DNA of 64,000 nucleotides. It comes from Tubiluchus corallicola (lineage: Eukaryota > Animalia > Priapulida). Each line of letters opens with the position of its first letter. Position 1 is the first letter of the stretch. The notes under the pieces were generated by a model. It worked only from the letters and a program-made list of their open reading frames with translations, had not been told where the DNA came from and ran no database searches. Positions 40,525 through 54,431 of this stretch are shown here, piece after piece. The translations under genes and the position numbers were made by a program. The stretch lies in the NCBI GenBank assembly GCA_030141605.1, contig JAQGDQ010000194.1:186001-250000 (forward strand), in the 5' to 3' direction.

Positions 40525-41336
40525 CTGTTACATAATAAAGACAACATTAAAGTACAAATTTACTAATCAAGTAAAGGCGCTAATAAAAAGCACAATTTTT
40601 ATCAAAACATGTAAAATAACATTACAAACAGTCCGTCAGCAATAGAAGCAGCGGAAGCACAGAAATTTCAACAACAAATGTGGTGTTGCTGTTCAAAAAT
40701 AATGTAAAATCAGAAGAATGTACAAACAAAGAATTAATGAGCAAAAATATCTCAAGATATTACAAATATTCAAATAAATATGACGAGATAAGAAAGGTTG
40801 CTTATCATGACCGATGCCATGGTGTTCTACCAAAACTGCCTCGTATTTTTCTATCAAGATAATCTTTTTCCTTTTTACTCCAAGCATCCACTCTTTTATT
40901 TGCTCTTCTAGACTCTGAGGACATTTAAAACTTCTCTATAGTAGCCATAAACTTTAAGCACTTACAGACTAGGACAAACAATGTCCTATACTAATATACT
41001 GTATCACATATGATTTTAAAATAGCTCACAAACTTACCTACAATAGAAAAATCTGATAAACGACTTCTATACAAGTTTATACAAATACATTTCCTTTCTT
41101 TAAAATTTGGTATCAAAATTTGATTAATTCAGGGTTCGTAACATCAATAAAATAATTTTAATGTTAAGATAACAATAATTAATAATACTTTTATTTAAGT
41201 GTTGCATTGAGAAGGTATACAGTACTCAAAAACCCAACATCACAAGAAATATAGTTTGTACAATAATGTTTTAATTTTACCATAAAAAAATGACAAACAA
41301 ATTTTTCAATAAGACCGGGAGTCACAAAAACCATAC

Positions 41337-41452
41337 CTCGCATGGATTTGGCCCACATCTACAAGTAGGACAACTAGTCTTTGAGCTAGGCAAATACATA
41401 TGTCTGCATCTACGCCGGCATTGCCTTGTCTGGAAATTGCAGTGCGATGTAA
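41337..41452 (-). CDS. Exon 5: antistasin-like domain plus start of the next module
   Basis: Not in the ORF track on this strand. Acceptor TTTGCAG, donor GAG|GTATGG, 116 nt, phase 1-0. VTSHCNFQTRQCRRRCRHMYLPSSKTSCPTCRCGPNPCE has antistasin Cys spacing (C..C.x3.C...C..C.C). Confidence 0.85.
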
Positions 41453-44400
41453 CTGCAAACAAGAAAATCACAACTGTTTGAAGGTGTAGCACTAAATTAA
41501 ATGCACTTCAGAAGACAGAAGATATGTGCTCTATTTTAAGCCAATTATTCATGTTTTATTAATGCTATAACTACACTTATTTGCCTTTCTTGCTTGAAAA
41601 ATTCCTAGGTGATTTTATTTTTTCAAGATGGGTCTAGTCTATCGACAGGCAATATAATTGGATTACTATGCTAAAACAAAAAGTATGATGTTACTTGCGA
41701 CAGTAACTGTTGTGTTATTTCTTTAGCCCGTGAAAATGTTTTACTAGAAAGTGCAAAATTGGTCACACCTGAAGTTATTACAAATAGGTTATAATGGAAA
41801 CAAATTTATCAATGACAATAAATAAGTATTACAATTTTTTGGCCAATCGGTACCTCCTAAAAGCTGTTCCAAGAAACTGCACCAAAACAGCATGCATACT
41901 TTAGTTACTATTTATTACTGCACAGCTTTTTATTCTTCAGAATTTTGTCAAAAGGAGAATACAAGATCAGAGATTGGGGTCTACTTTGCTAAACAAACTT
42001 TGCAATGAACTGTGAACAAGGCCAACTAGGCAGTTGCTTAGACCCTGAATTTATGGGGTGCAAAAATTCCGGAATTACTTCTTCAAATTTTAAGTTTAGC
42101 ATATGTAAAAACATAATATAACTGCATAACACTGCATAACACATGCACCTTATAATACTTGCATTATTTTCCTGTTAAAATATATGATTCTTTGACACTG
42201 GCAAGTGGCTTCTCCCGCAAAACAGTTTCTACTTTTGCTTTATATGGTTTCCTAAGATTATGTCAATTCACCCAGACTACAAAGGCGTTTTTCTGCTTTT
42301 TGCATACAGTTTCTATTGTATGCATAGAGCTGCAGAGCCAATGATGTGTTCACAGTAATCATGTGATCATTCCGTTAATAAAAAAGTTTCATACAATAGC
42401 ATTTATCTAATAAACCTATAAGAATCGAGGTCTTCAGGAGCGGAATACTGAAAACAAAATGTAAGAAATCTGGCGAGTGGCAACAAGTATTTGCAACCAG
42501 ATCACAGTTATGGTTGAGAAGATGAAAAAAAGAAGGTAGGGCTTCAAAAAGTTCTGATGAAAAAGCTCTGGGAAAATATAAATCTTGTAAATAGTAATAG
42601 CAATCTTATAAATCTTGCAAAGAGTAGCAGAAATTTGAATGCTACAAAAAACCCACAATGTACAATGGGGTCATAAATTCAATTTCAAATTCAATCAGAT
42701 TGTGAAAATTTAGTTACAGCAACTATTTCAATCAGCAGATCCTGACAAAATTCTGATATCAATATTATACTGTACATTGCTTCTAAGCTGAGGTATTTCC
42801 ATTTATAGTTCAGGAAGTGGCTTCTTTTACAAAAATGAATTGCTGAGCAATTGTCTTTCAAAGTTGAAGAATAAATTTCTGTAAATTTGCACAGCAACCA
42901 TGTAAAAATTAATTTAATGCGCCTAGCTGCAGCAGCAAGGTAGGTCTCACAAAAACATTTTTAATATAATCATTAACAGTTTAAGCTTAAGTTTTACTAG
43001 GTATACAGAAATTTAGACATTCTTATACAAAATTGAAATTTTGGGCGAATACAAACTGTTTACGAAAATCAACTGCATCTGTATAATTACTATACTGCAA
43101 AATAGTCAATTTTAGTCTGACAGCTCACAAGTAGGTAAATAGATATACTTAATTAGTACATTATAATAATGTAAAAGCCTAGCACACTAGCTCCATTATA
43201 CGTTATTATAATACTATACAAGAAAATTCAATTTTGGGGGTATGGCGAGAACCGTAGGGTAAGAGGTTGACCTTTGAGGAAGAGACGCTAAAAATATTTC
43301 TACCTGGGGTGCTGTGCTTCTGGTACTTATAAGGCAGACCTACAGTTATCGGAAAACTTAGAATTAGCAAGCTCATAAATTTCCCAAAGCCCTAAAAAAC
43401 TTCAAATTATAATATTAGGTCTAATTAACATGAGGAGCACCACACAAACTACAATCCCTTTTTAAACCTAATAAATATCATGCGTTCCATTCCAAGATAA
43501 TTAGTTTCCTATTTTTAATGTAAGAATTCAGATTTATATGAATTCAGAATTCAGATGTATGATTTCAGATTTCGGATGAAAAACCAGAGCTTGGTATATG
43601 CTGCTCAGAAAAAAATTGGTTTGTGTTTTTTGAAGCAGATCATGCAACAACTGCTAGCTCTAACAATAATCATTGTATGCAAAGTTTAGCTGGAGTATTT
43701 TGTTGGTGTTTTAGATTTGTCATGTTTACTTTTTTACACATATTTTTGGGTCCGGATTTCTTGAGGCAGGCTTAGGTCAATCTTGCGACGCAACGCAAAT
43801 AGTCTTGGCAACTGGCCGCGTACGGTATGCTGCCAGTCGAGTATATCCCAGTCAACAGGCTTGCAATGCAGCTCAGTTCTAGCGAGTTGCTAGTGTTCTG
43901 CTTAATACGGTATTGACTTAATTGCATTCGATCATAATAACCTGAGCACTGTTCACCGATGATCGTTCGAGCATCTGGTCAGAGAATTTTTACTCACATA
44001 TGCTCAGTCGTTTTTGACCTGAGAGGTATTTGGACTCGCAAGAACTCGTATCTTCCTAGATGTATGCCGTTGGTGGAAATCAGTCGTAGTCGACCAGAGC
44101 GTGTCTCCTACTGTTTCCCGTGAGTTGAGTTTAATCGCAAGTCGACCTAAACTTGGCCTTAAAATACAGTATGAACAAGTTATCTTCATTAACTTGTTCT
44201 TCTTTTCTCTCTTGTAAGTTTAATGGTGCCTCTTCATAATATAATAGTACAGTATAACACAAAACAGTTGGAAAACTAAAAGTTTGAGCTTAGAATACAA
44301 TTTGTAATTTGAAGCTGCATATTCACGCACTCTCTAGTTCAGTTATTTACAGATTTTGAAACTGTAAGTGCACATCTGTTAGGATCTAAGCAGTTTTTTC

Positions 44401-44839
44401 CTTGATCAGTTTTGTAGATTTTTGTTTAAATTTGATCTCAAGAACTGAAATTTAATTTTATTGCAATAAGGCAAAAATCTATAATTTTGCAACTTGTGTT
44501 TGCTTTTTCATAGACCAGTATTTTGATCATCCAGTAACAACATTTAATTTTTCCCACAAAACCTTGATATCATGTATAGATGCTTGAGTGAAATAACTGA
44601 GCTCTCTTTGTGGTGACTTCCTAGAATTTCTATTGCATAAGTTAGTAAATATAATGATGACACAGTTGTGAATTAAGTGACAAATTGTTATGAAACATGA
44701 AATTGTGTGTTTTTTAGTTATTCAATACAGTAGGAGCCTGTCAGAGAGCAAGAGCGTGTGAGTCTGATTAGGATCTGTGTATTACCTGCAACATTAACCA
44801 AATATTAATCTGAACTGACAACAACAAAAAAACACAAAC

Positions 44840-45070
44840 CGCTATCACAATCCGGATCTTGATGCGTGCTTTTGTCTTTCTCATATCTAATTTCATGATG
44901 TGTTAAGGTTTCTTCAATTGGATGACCTAGTGGATTGACACAGAATGAAAGTCGATGAGAATCACGATATACGACCTGCAGTGGTTTAAATTCCCCAGAA
45001 GGCAAACAAGACAATTGCGAACTAAGCTCATTTTCCGTCAGTTCCAAAATGGCTACAATAACATGGCAAA
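44840..45070 (-). CDS. Exon 4: divergent thyroglobulin type-1 domain, 4-Cys form
   Basis: Acceptor CTTTCAG, donor G|GTTTGT, 231 nt, phase 1-1. VCHVIVAILELTENELSSQLSCLPSGEFKPLQVVYRDSHRLSFCVNPLGHPIEETL...DPDCDS. Confidence 0.82.
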
Positions 45071-45469
45071 CTGAAAGAAACAGATACAGCAAATGACACA
45101 CTGACTGTTGTTCTAAAGCTATCCAGACCAGCGAGCTTCCAGTTTCCAGCTTTAAGAACTGCATGCGAGTTACTGTTGACAAGTAATTGCAAAGTTTCGT
45201 GCTGTTACTGCATGTTGATTTGATGTTTAGTGTTGTAAATATTTCAGCAAATTACTAGCTATGCATCTGACAGTAAACTTTACAGCTTTCAAGAACTCGC
45301 AATAGTTTTCATGTGCTGTAATTATTATTAGGGGGGCAGTGGTGTCGGGGAGATTGTATAGGATGGAGAAATCCCACCCCCCGACACTTTGCTGAGGCCT
45401 TCTCATGTGCTGTAAACGCAGAGATACTAAAAAAAAATAAAACGGTAATTATATTTTAACTATGTTTTT

Positions 45470-48400
45470 ATTTATTAAATATATCCACAGTGATCATTAC
45501 AGCATTGCACATAAAAGTATTTAATAACATATTTATTATTATGTACACAAGATGCCAAGCTGCAAATGACCCGAGGGGTACTCAAGAAGTAACTTGTTCA
45601 GAGGACCTAAAATGAATGTGGATTGAGTGTAGTAGAAAATTATTGTACAACTCTGTACAACTACTCCAGTAAAATTTCTTTACTGGAGCAGTAAAGAAAG
45701 AGAAAGATGTGATGGTATCTGTATGAAGTAACGTGAACTATAGAAATGTAAAAATTGACATAGCCAGCAACGAGATGAATTCCGACAAGGACAGCAGCGT
45801 AATTAGTCAAATTGATTGATTCTGTATAATTAGAAAAGATTTCACTTTTAAGATTTCTTTTAATGTTATTTATAGATAAAGAATTTTTATGTATTTGTTG
45901 ATGTTATTCCAAAGTCTAGGGCCAGTGTTAGTGATGAAGTGCCTTGCCGCATCAGTCCTGCAATACTTAATAAGAAATTCATTAAATCTTGTTGAGTAGT
46001 GTCTTACGTTAATAGATAATGCGTTTAAAAAGAAAGCGGGAAGAAGTATATGTTTGGTTTTGTAGATGTAAACAGTAGTATTCAGGTTTATTAGATCATT
46101 AACCACTAGGATAGAATAATTCTTAAAAAGATCTACATGTTCATGCTTGTTCAAATTAGCTATCAATCTTATAAATTTACGTTGTAGAGAGTTTACTTTA
46201 ACTAGAGTTGAAGGGTAGGTGTGCCCCCAAAGTATATTACAGTAGGTCAAGTATGGCAGTACTAGACAATTATAAAGTGTGATAAGGTGTCCTTTAGTAA
46301 AACAATGTTTAACTCGACTGATTAACCCGATGTTTTTGCAGTTTTGGAGTGAATCATATTTAAGTGTGATTTCCAATCTAAGTGTCCATTTAACATAACA
46401 GCTAAGAACTTCATTTCGCTTACTTGTTCTACAGCCTTAACATCAATTTTTAGAATACTGTTCATATTTACACGTTTGTTACGAGCTTTGAATAAAATGT
46501 ATTTAGTTTTAGTTGAATTTAATGCTAATTTATTGATTTCAAACAAGGCTGTAATTTTACTAGTTCACTATTAATAATGTTAGTGTCACGTAACTTGCTA
46601 TTGATCTTGAAAAAAGTACTTGTGTCATCAGCAAATTGGAAGACCTTTCCATTGTCAGTAATACAGTTTTGTAAGTCATTAATGTATATTAAAAACAACA
46701 GAGGTCCCAAAATAGATCCCTGGGGTACTCCGTGTGTGACTATTGCTTCATTGGAAAGAACATTGTTATATCTGACTGCTTGAGTTCGGTCCTTGAGGTA
46801 ATTAGCAAACCATGAGTATGCAACCCCTCTAATGCCACAGTGGAATAACTTATCTAACAGAATAACATGATTAACTGTATCAAAGGCCTTAGAGAGATCG
46901 CAAAAAATGCTAATGGCAATAGTGTTTTGTTCTAATGAATTAATTACATTGTTTATTATATTAATTAAGACTAGCTGTGTAGAACTACCCTTTCTAATGC
47001 CATATTGATGGTTATAAAAGTACATTATGTATAGTCAAGTAGTTTAATAATCTTTTATGGACTATTTTTTCTAATATTTTAGAGAAAGGTAATAATCATG
47101 TGGGTCTATAGTTATTAATATCTAAGGAGTCTTTAGCCTTAAACAAAGGAATAATTACGCATTTTTTAAGTTGATAAGGTAATTTTCCTGTTGTTAATGA
47201 GCAATTGGTTATATACGTTAAAGGAGCTGCTAAGTTATCAATTAAATCAATTATTACTTTGGGAAGAAAATTGTTAAAGTCTGCCCCTTTATTACGGTTG
47301 AAAGATTTACAAGTAGATTTTAATTCATTTATTGTAACAGAACTGAAGAAAAGGGTAGACTAATAATCACCCTTAAAATAAGGGTTAACACCAGTATTTG
47401 GAATTTCTGCAGCTAATTTTTGACCAATCTGCGAGAAATCCTCGTTGAAAGCACAAGCGACAGATTTATTGTCAGTTAATTTTAAGAGCATATGAACCAG
47501 ATTTTCTATTTGACTGTATAATTTCTTTCATAATAATCAACATTTTCTTCAAGTTCGTTTTAACATGTTCTAGTTTGTTTTGATAATAATTAGATTTAGA
47601 GAGTTTTATTATGTTGTTTAACTTATTACGATACTGTTTGTATTCACGAATAGTGAGATCATAATTAATATTATTCTTGAGAAGTTGATTATACAACTTA
47701 TTCTTAAATTTAATGCTATTTAAAATGGCAGGTGTTATCCATGGCTTTTTAATGGCACCAGAATTTATATAAGTAATGTTAATTGTAGTTATATTGTTAT
47801 TGTACATCATTTGAAATTTATCTAAAAATAAATTATATGCTTCATGTGGTTCAGATGTAGTATATACATCCTTCCAATCAGTATTATCCAAGTTAGAGCT
47901 AATTTGCATTTAATACAGTCATTATAAAGAGTTCTGCTATATTTAAAGAAATGAGACGTAGCTACTTTTAAATCAATTATCAAGAAAATTAGCGAGTGAT
48001 CGGTAATGTCAAAAAGTAAATTACCAGATTTGAATTTATGTTCAACAACTATTGGGCGTTAACGTGTAGGTAAGGTAATTACAGGAAAAATACTAATAGA
48101 GATCATTGTGTTTAGAAAATCAGATATAGCTTCATGGGTTGAGAAGGTTAACAAATTAATATTGAAGTCACCAAGAATGAAAATTTGTTTCTTATGACGG
48201 GTTACAGTAGACAATAAATTAGATAACTGCTCAGTGAAACGTTGGGGATCTTCACCAGGTGGTCTGTAAACAGAATCCATTATTACATTTGTAGCTTTGC
48301 TAACATTGTTTCTAAGATCTCATTACTGATGCTGAGACACTTCTTACTGAATAATTAATATTATTACTGATGTATAAACCTACACCACCCCCTTTTTTAT

Positions 48401-48545
48401 ATTCTCGATTCTTACTAGCAAAACTGTAACCTGGCAAGTTGGAAAAATCAGGAGATTTAGAATGGAACCATGTCTCAGATAAGGCTATGACTGAGAAGTT
48501 AACGTTCAACAAATGTAGGAGTGAAATGAAATAATCATAGGTCAC
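45470..48545 (-). mobile_element. 5'-truncated CR1/L2-group LINE, decayed (AP endonuclease + RT)
   Basis: Collinear ORF fragments: IALSETW, GGGVGLY, VYRPP, LGDFNINLL, KPWIT, DLSKAFDTVNH, GVPQGSILGPLLFLIYINDL, FADD, PYLTYC..LWG. Frameshifted; the 3' UTR ends near AATAAA repeats at about 45470. Confidence 0.92.
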
Positions 48546-48762
48546 ATATAATACACACGGTAGGTTTTATACCTTTAAATTAGATAATAAAAGCCATATT
48601 TTTATTTAATTATACTATTTTCTACCTGAAATCAAGATAAAATGCATAAAAATCATATGCCCCCCAACTGGGAAACAGAAAGCAGGTTGCAAAATTTTCC
48701 CATAAATTCTGCATTTAAAATACCAAAATTTTTTCTCTATTTTATTTGCAATTTGCAGAGTA

Positions 48763-49217
48763 CCGTATTTTCCCGTGTATAAGAGACCCTTGTGTATAAG
48801 AGACCCCTTCAATTTTTAGGCAAAAATTCTGGAAAAAAATTTTTTCAGACGGACATTTTTAGAGGGTAGTGTACAACTTTTTTCAACTCAGTGCGGTACT
48901 GAAAACAAAATAAAACCAGTTAATGTGTTGTAGAAAAAGAGTACTGGTATATATTAAAGTGCGTACCTGCAAACCTGTAACAGGAAAAGAGAAAACGAGG
49001 AGATAATGCCTGTGTCACGATGCTTGTATTGCTTACAACCGCTTCATAGTCGAATGCGACACGCAAAACAGTTGTAAAGCACTTATTTCTTTAAAATCAT
49101 TAGTGTCACAATTTATGCATCTTATTGAAAAGACTTACTCCCATGTATAAGAGACCCCCTATTTTTAAAGTGAAAATTCTGAGCAAAAAAGGGTCTCTTA
49201 TACACGGGAAAATACGG
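48763..49217. mobile_element. MITE, Tc2/pogo-like (Tc1/mariner superfamily)
   Basis: Perfect ~29-bp TIRs CCGTATTTTCCCGTGTATAAGAGACCCTT, TA duplications at 48761-62 and 49218-19, internal copies of TGTATAAGAGACCC, and no ORF. Confidence 0.93.
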
Positions 49218-50419
49218 TATTTACCGTTTTTATTGAATTATATAATTACTTGCACCAAATACGATTGCGCCCTCCCAAGATTGTGCAATCCCATTTGAAA
49301 TCAGTTTTTACAGAAACAATTGGTTATTGATTACTGATTAATTTTTGCATACCAATTTATCACACATTTTTCGAGTTGAATGGACAAATGATAGTAATTT
49401 ACATTATTGTTTTCTAAATGTCAATTTAGAAACAATAACATGAACATTAAAAACATAATTATGCTTCTATTTTGCAGAGTATTAGTATCGTCATAAAATC
49501 TCGCCAACTCGCTGAAAATAGCTTCTCTTTAATCTGACCGCTCTCGCAAGGTTTGTCGCTTGAGAGTTACCTGCAAGTTACTTGACGAGAAAACTCTGTA
49601 GTTTGAATGTGCTAAGGCTGAGGTTACTACTGACATCAGCAGTGTACAAATATTAAATATGAAGTAAGTTTGCTTATAGAACTTATAGCTGGAAAATTAC
49701 ACTTAAATTAGGTGAGGGATTCTATATGCCTACAATCCCACCACAAATGTTTGGCTTTTACAGCAAAACTGGCCTACCGATCACAGCAAGATCCTATCTA
49801 GCAAGATGCAGAACTACAAAATATTACTGGTAAAAATGCTTTTGGAAAGAACATAAAAACCATGAGCACACACAGCAGATGTACATATTATCATCAAGTA
49901 GTACAAAAGACAAACAGTACCTTTACAATAAACAGTGGCAATAGTATAAATTGATACCCACCTGTACAGTAATCATAGTTCGAAGAATCTTTTCTTTTTT
50001 ATTATTTCACTTATATAAATTATTGCGCATAGGTATTTTTGACATTAATTAGTTTCTAAAGTTCATTTGAAGTCTTTGCTATGAATACTAAGGTGAGGAG
50101 TGATGACTCATACTTGTATACCCTATATAACTTGTAAACTTGTAAAATATACTAAACCCTTCAGTTATTTGCATCAAAACATTCCCTGCCAATGCGAGTC
50201 TATTATATTAATATTATATTAATATATAGATGAAGAGTTCCATGTAAAACAATTGTTGCACACTGCAAATTGTCTCACAGTATAATAAATATAATTTTCA
50301 AATAAGCTTATTCTAAGTGAAAGTGCAGATAAACAAAATGACAGTTATTTATTACCACAGAACTACATGATAACAAAGTTGAAATGCCTGTAAAAAACAC
50401 AAAATGCAAAGAAAATTAC

Positions 50420-50581
50420 CTCCTAATATGGGGTTTGAACAGAAAGAACCACATTTCGTAGAGCTACAACACTTTTTTACTCCTGGGCAATCATCATCAG
50501 TTGAGCAAGACATAGAAGGACAGCTCATGTCTTTACTACTAAAGATATCAAAAGCAGGACATGCGCCAATTTTAACAGTTC
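50420..50581 (-). CDS. Exon 3: WAP domain
   Basis: Not in the ORF track on this strand. Acceptor TTTTCAG, donor G|GTAATT, 162 nt, phase 1-1. GTVKIGACPAFDIFSSKDMSCPSMSCSTDDDCPGVKKCCSSTKCGSFCSNPILG. Confidence 0.92.
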
Positions 50582-51180
50582 CTGAAAATTTAAAAACAAC
50601 AAGTAGTTTGGTAGGTTTGTTCCACCTTAATACAGAAATAAGAATTAAAGTTGCCTATCAAAATATTTTTTATTTACAGCTCTCTTTGAGTTTTGACAAA
50701 ATTTTCTCTTTACAAAATCATTTTCTTCATATACAATTATTTATAGTTGTACAAAATTTTTCTGCACCTTATTTCTTATTCTAAGCAGTGAAAAATGGAT
50801 TAACATTTTATCCTCTTTTTTAATAACACTAAGCTTAGAGTACTGGCCCACTGATTAGGCTACCTAGCTGCTCTTGCAAAACAGGTGGGTTTGTCTATCC
50901 ACTTGGTGATTTAAGAATTTACAATGTGGGCATTTACACAAATTATCTTGCAGTTAATCCCACATGAAAAGCAACCAATAACATAATTTTTTAAAAGATC
51001 ACACTACGCAAAAAATTATTTACATTTATTTAGACGACACATTTTTTAAATTTTGTTTATTACAATTAACTAGCTAGACAATTTACCTGTAAATAATTAC
51101 TCAACTTATCACAATCTGCTAATCACTTAGTTATGCCCAACAAGGGCATAAAACAATAAAGCGAAATAATGGAAAATTAC

Positions 51181-51324
51181 CCAAGCAGTCCACAGTGTCA
51201 GCTTTTTTTAATAATTTACTTTGTTTAGCTGCACATTCAAATAAACAATTGTTGTCATATTTGCGTTTATCATTTCCACACACTGGAGTCGCATGGGATA
51301 CTTTAGGACATTCACATTTATCCT
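51181..51324 (-). CDS. Exon 2: Kazal-type inhibitor domain
   Basis: Acceptor TTTACAG, donor G|GTAATT, 144 nt, phase 1-1. EDKCECPKVSHATPVCGNDKRKYDNNCLFECAAKQSKLLKKADTVDCL. Confidence 0.92.
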
Positions 51325-54295
51325 CTGTAAACCAAAAAAAATTACCAGAAAAGTTAAACAAAAAATTTAAGATGTTTCTAAAACAATTATCAAAGGAATA
51401 CATAAAAAGGAGAATAAGAGAGCTCTAAAAGGCTAACCCAAACATTAGCGAATGGAAAAAAGCCAATAGATACCCAGCAATAATTCGGTGCAAACCAATA
51501 AGGATTGGTTATATATATAACATGTGTTACATATTACAAATCCATAAAAGCGGAAGTACAACGGTGACAGTTATAAAATAAATACAATGTTACAAGTGAA
51601 TGTTATACAAGGTATTTTAAGGAAGATACTTGTAGGGGTAGCATTATTCATTACTGAAATATTTATTACAGAAACTATGTGGTAAAATTACAGTGATGAT
51701 TTATTATTGTTTCCATCTATAATTAGCTATACCCAAAGGCGCATAAGTGAAAATATGATTTTTCACACAGCAAATTTCCTTAATCGTAACTGCTTGTTAG
51801 TTGCAGTTGATGACAAAACTTAGTTATTCATCCAGCAAACAACACTAATTACTACAGAAACATTTTTTAAAGTGAGTGTGATAGAAATGTTCGAAAGCCA
51901 CATGACTGAGCCTGATTGTATGATTTGAAAATGCTATGACGGTTTTAAAGGGATGAGAATAGTTCATACATAATCAGTTTAATATAATTGTTGTTTTTTG
52001 AATATAGATATTAGATGTAGAATTATTATAATTGTTACAATAAATGTGTTTTTATTAATGTGTTAAAAATGCCAAGTTATAAAGTGTTGCTTTCCTAAGT
52101 TAATAAAGATTTAGTCTAGTTTTGACTTGCTCAAGATTAACTCACTTTAATATTTTTATTGTTTTTATATAGGTATCAGATGCAGAGGTAGAATTGTTTT
52201 CTTCCATAAACTGATTACTTTGTCTTGACTAATATCAAGGTATAACATAAGTAAATTAAATTTGACGAGAGTTAATTTAGATGGTTAAAAATGCTGAATT
52301 GTAAAATAATGAATATTAAGCTCCACTGTTTATGAGTCTAATTATTAGTCTAGTTTTGCTTTGTGCAAGCTTAGTTCATTGGCGTTTTTCTATTCGTTTT
52401 TCAAATTTAGATCTTTAAGTGTTGATGTACATTCGAATATTGTGTAACTTGTGTAACTGTATGTGTAACATTTTTGCCATTACACACAGCACATCCGCAC
52501 TGACAAGGTGTGTTAACTGAAGTACAGTAGTAATTCATAAGAACTTTCAAGAAAGGCTATCTTCTTCATTTTTAAGGCTCAATTTTATAACTATTGTTTG
52601 CAAAATCTTCAGTTTCTGACCACGCAAGAAATATTTTCAAATAGTTTTTACAATTATTATTTATTAAACTTTATTTCAAATCCTATGAAAATCATCTGAG
52701 TTTGAAGTCATTATGTACCTTTCTGAATGTATGTGCAAAAATTTAGCTTTACTCTATCTTTGTCCGTTTCATACATTTTTTGGCTAATTGACTGAGCAAT
52801 TATTTTCTTGTAACATACTAACGTTTCTTACAATTAAAAATAAAGTCTTTCATGATGTCATTAGCTAGATACTAGCTATTGGACAGAAAAGCAAAGCATC
52901 AATTCCTAATTTTTTGTCAACATTAGAAGTATTTTACGATCATTAACGGTTACCCGACCATTAATTTTGCAAGTAAAACAGCCTTAATGTTTGGGACAGG
53001 GTGCTGATGACGTCATTGCTGCCCTGCCGTGCAACTCAGACTCAAAAGTCTTGTAGAAAATTGCGAAAGATATTGAAGAGAAACTACGGATTGCTGTTAT
53101 AAAGGGTGGATATCACTTTCTTCTTTATCCCCATCTATAAAATCTGCGGATTTAGTGAAATATGTATGAAATGGATACATATGCGTCTTCCCATTGCTAC
53201 AGTCTTATCTCGCTAATTAGCATCGTTAGTGCTTGAACATTTAATAATGTAATAGATTACATAAGTTAGTGCATTTGCTTGACGTTAGTTAATATTTCTA
53301 CTGATAAATACCTTTAAAAGGAATGTGAATATCCTATTATTGTGCATACCATTTTAATAATTAAGATTTTGCTATAGCAAACTCACGCTGTTTTTCATTG
53401 AGTTGTTATTAAGATTTTGCTATAGCAAAATGTTACTGTTTATCATTGATTTATTTATTTATTCTCTGCCACTTTAACGCTTAGTAACTCGTAAGCAGGG
53501 TTGGTAGTCCTCGGTGAGATACGTACAACTGTACAACAATTGCTGACCACTCTCCAAGGGGGAAGGGCAGTGGACGTAAGTCAGTTTTTCCTTTAGGTCG
53601 CATCGCCTCCTAGGGCTTTCGTTTTTTCCAATTTTTTTCACAAGTATTTCGGTACTGTGGGGTAGATGTGCACCCGGCGTTTTAAAAAGCTGGTAAGTCT
53701 TAAACTAAATGCCCAAGGGAGGAGCCGAAATGCAAAATTTGAGTTCCCCAATTGGTGACCTTTTACACGCTGAGTGCGAGGGACATGAAACTCAAAAGGT
53801 ACACTCTCTGTGCAAAGTATTCTACTTATACATGTGACCGGAGTTGTTCGATCAAATGTCACGGAGCGGGTCTTCATTTATTTTTCTTAATGATTTACCT
53901 GCTCATACAGTTTTTGAGCTAGAGCCACAGTACTTGGTATGTGGATACGTGGTGTCATGGCTTTGCACATGACAATATATGGCACATGCACGTACAGCCA
54001 AATTTTCCAGTAGGGGGCAAAAACCGAAAAATGGGGGTCGGGAACAGAATTGCATCTAATGTTGATAAATGGTACCTTGTAGCACTTCAAATAAAATGTC
54101 TCGATGAGATGAATCGAATAGCATTGGTTACAATAAGCACTTTCAAAAAAGGTTGCCGTCTCTTAGTTTTTAAGGCTGAAATTTTCAACTATTGTTTACA
54201 AAATCTCCAGTTTCTGACCATGTCAGAAACATCATCAACTAGTTATAAGACGTTTTTTACTGGAATTATTTTTGACGTATCAAAGTGCGTTTCTG

Positions 54296-54431
54296 TATAT
54301 ATATATATATATATATATAAGATTTGAGGCCACAGCTCCGACGACGGCACCATTCGCGGCAATCTATATATCAAACGAAAGGTCTTGATCTAGTGTCGTG
54401 CCATTGATGATTTATTTTTCGAATCGGGCCC
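54296..54431 (+). mobile_element. 5' fragment of the Helitron family (copy E)
   Basis: (TA)n AGATTTGAGGCCACAGCTCCGACGACGGCACCATT...TCAAACGAAAGGTCTTGATCTAGTG...GAATCGGGCCC, then truncated. Confidence 0.8.

Noticed and set aside
53350-54200. Short palindromic duplication (TTTGCTATAGCAAA twice) and piggyBac-like end motifs
   Set aside because: Probably old DNA-transposon debris, but no matching TIR pair or TSD could be defined.
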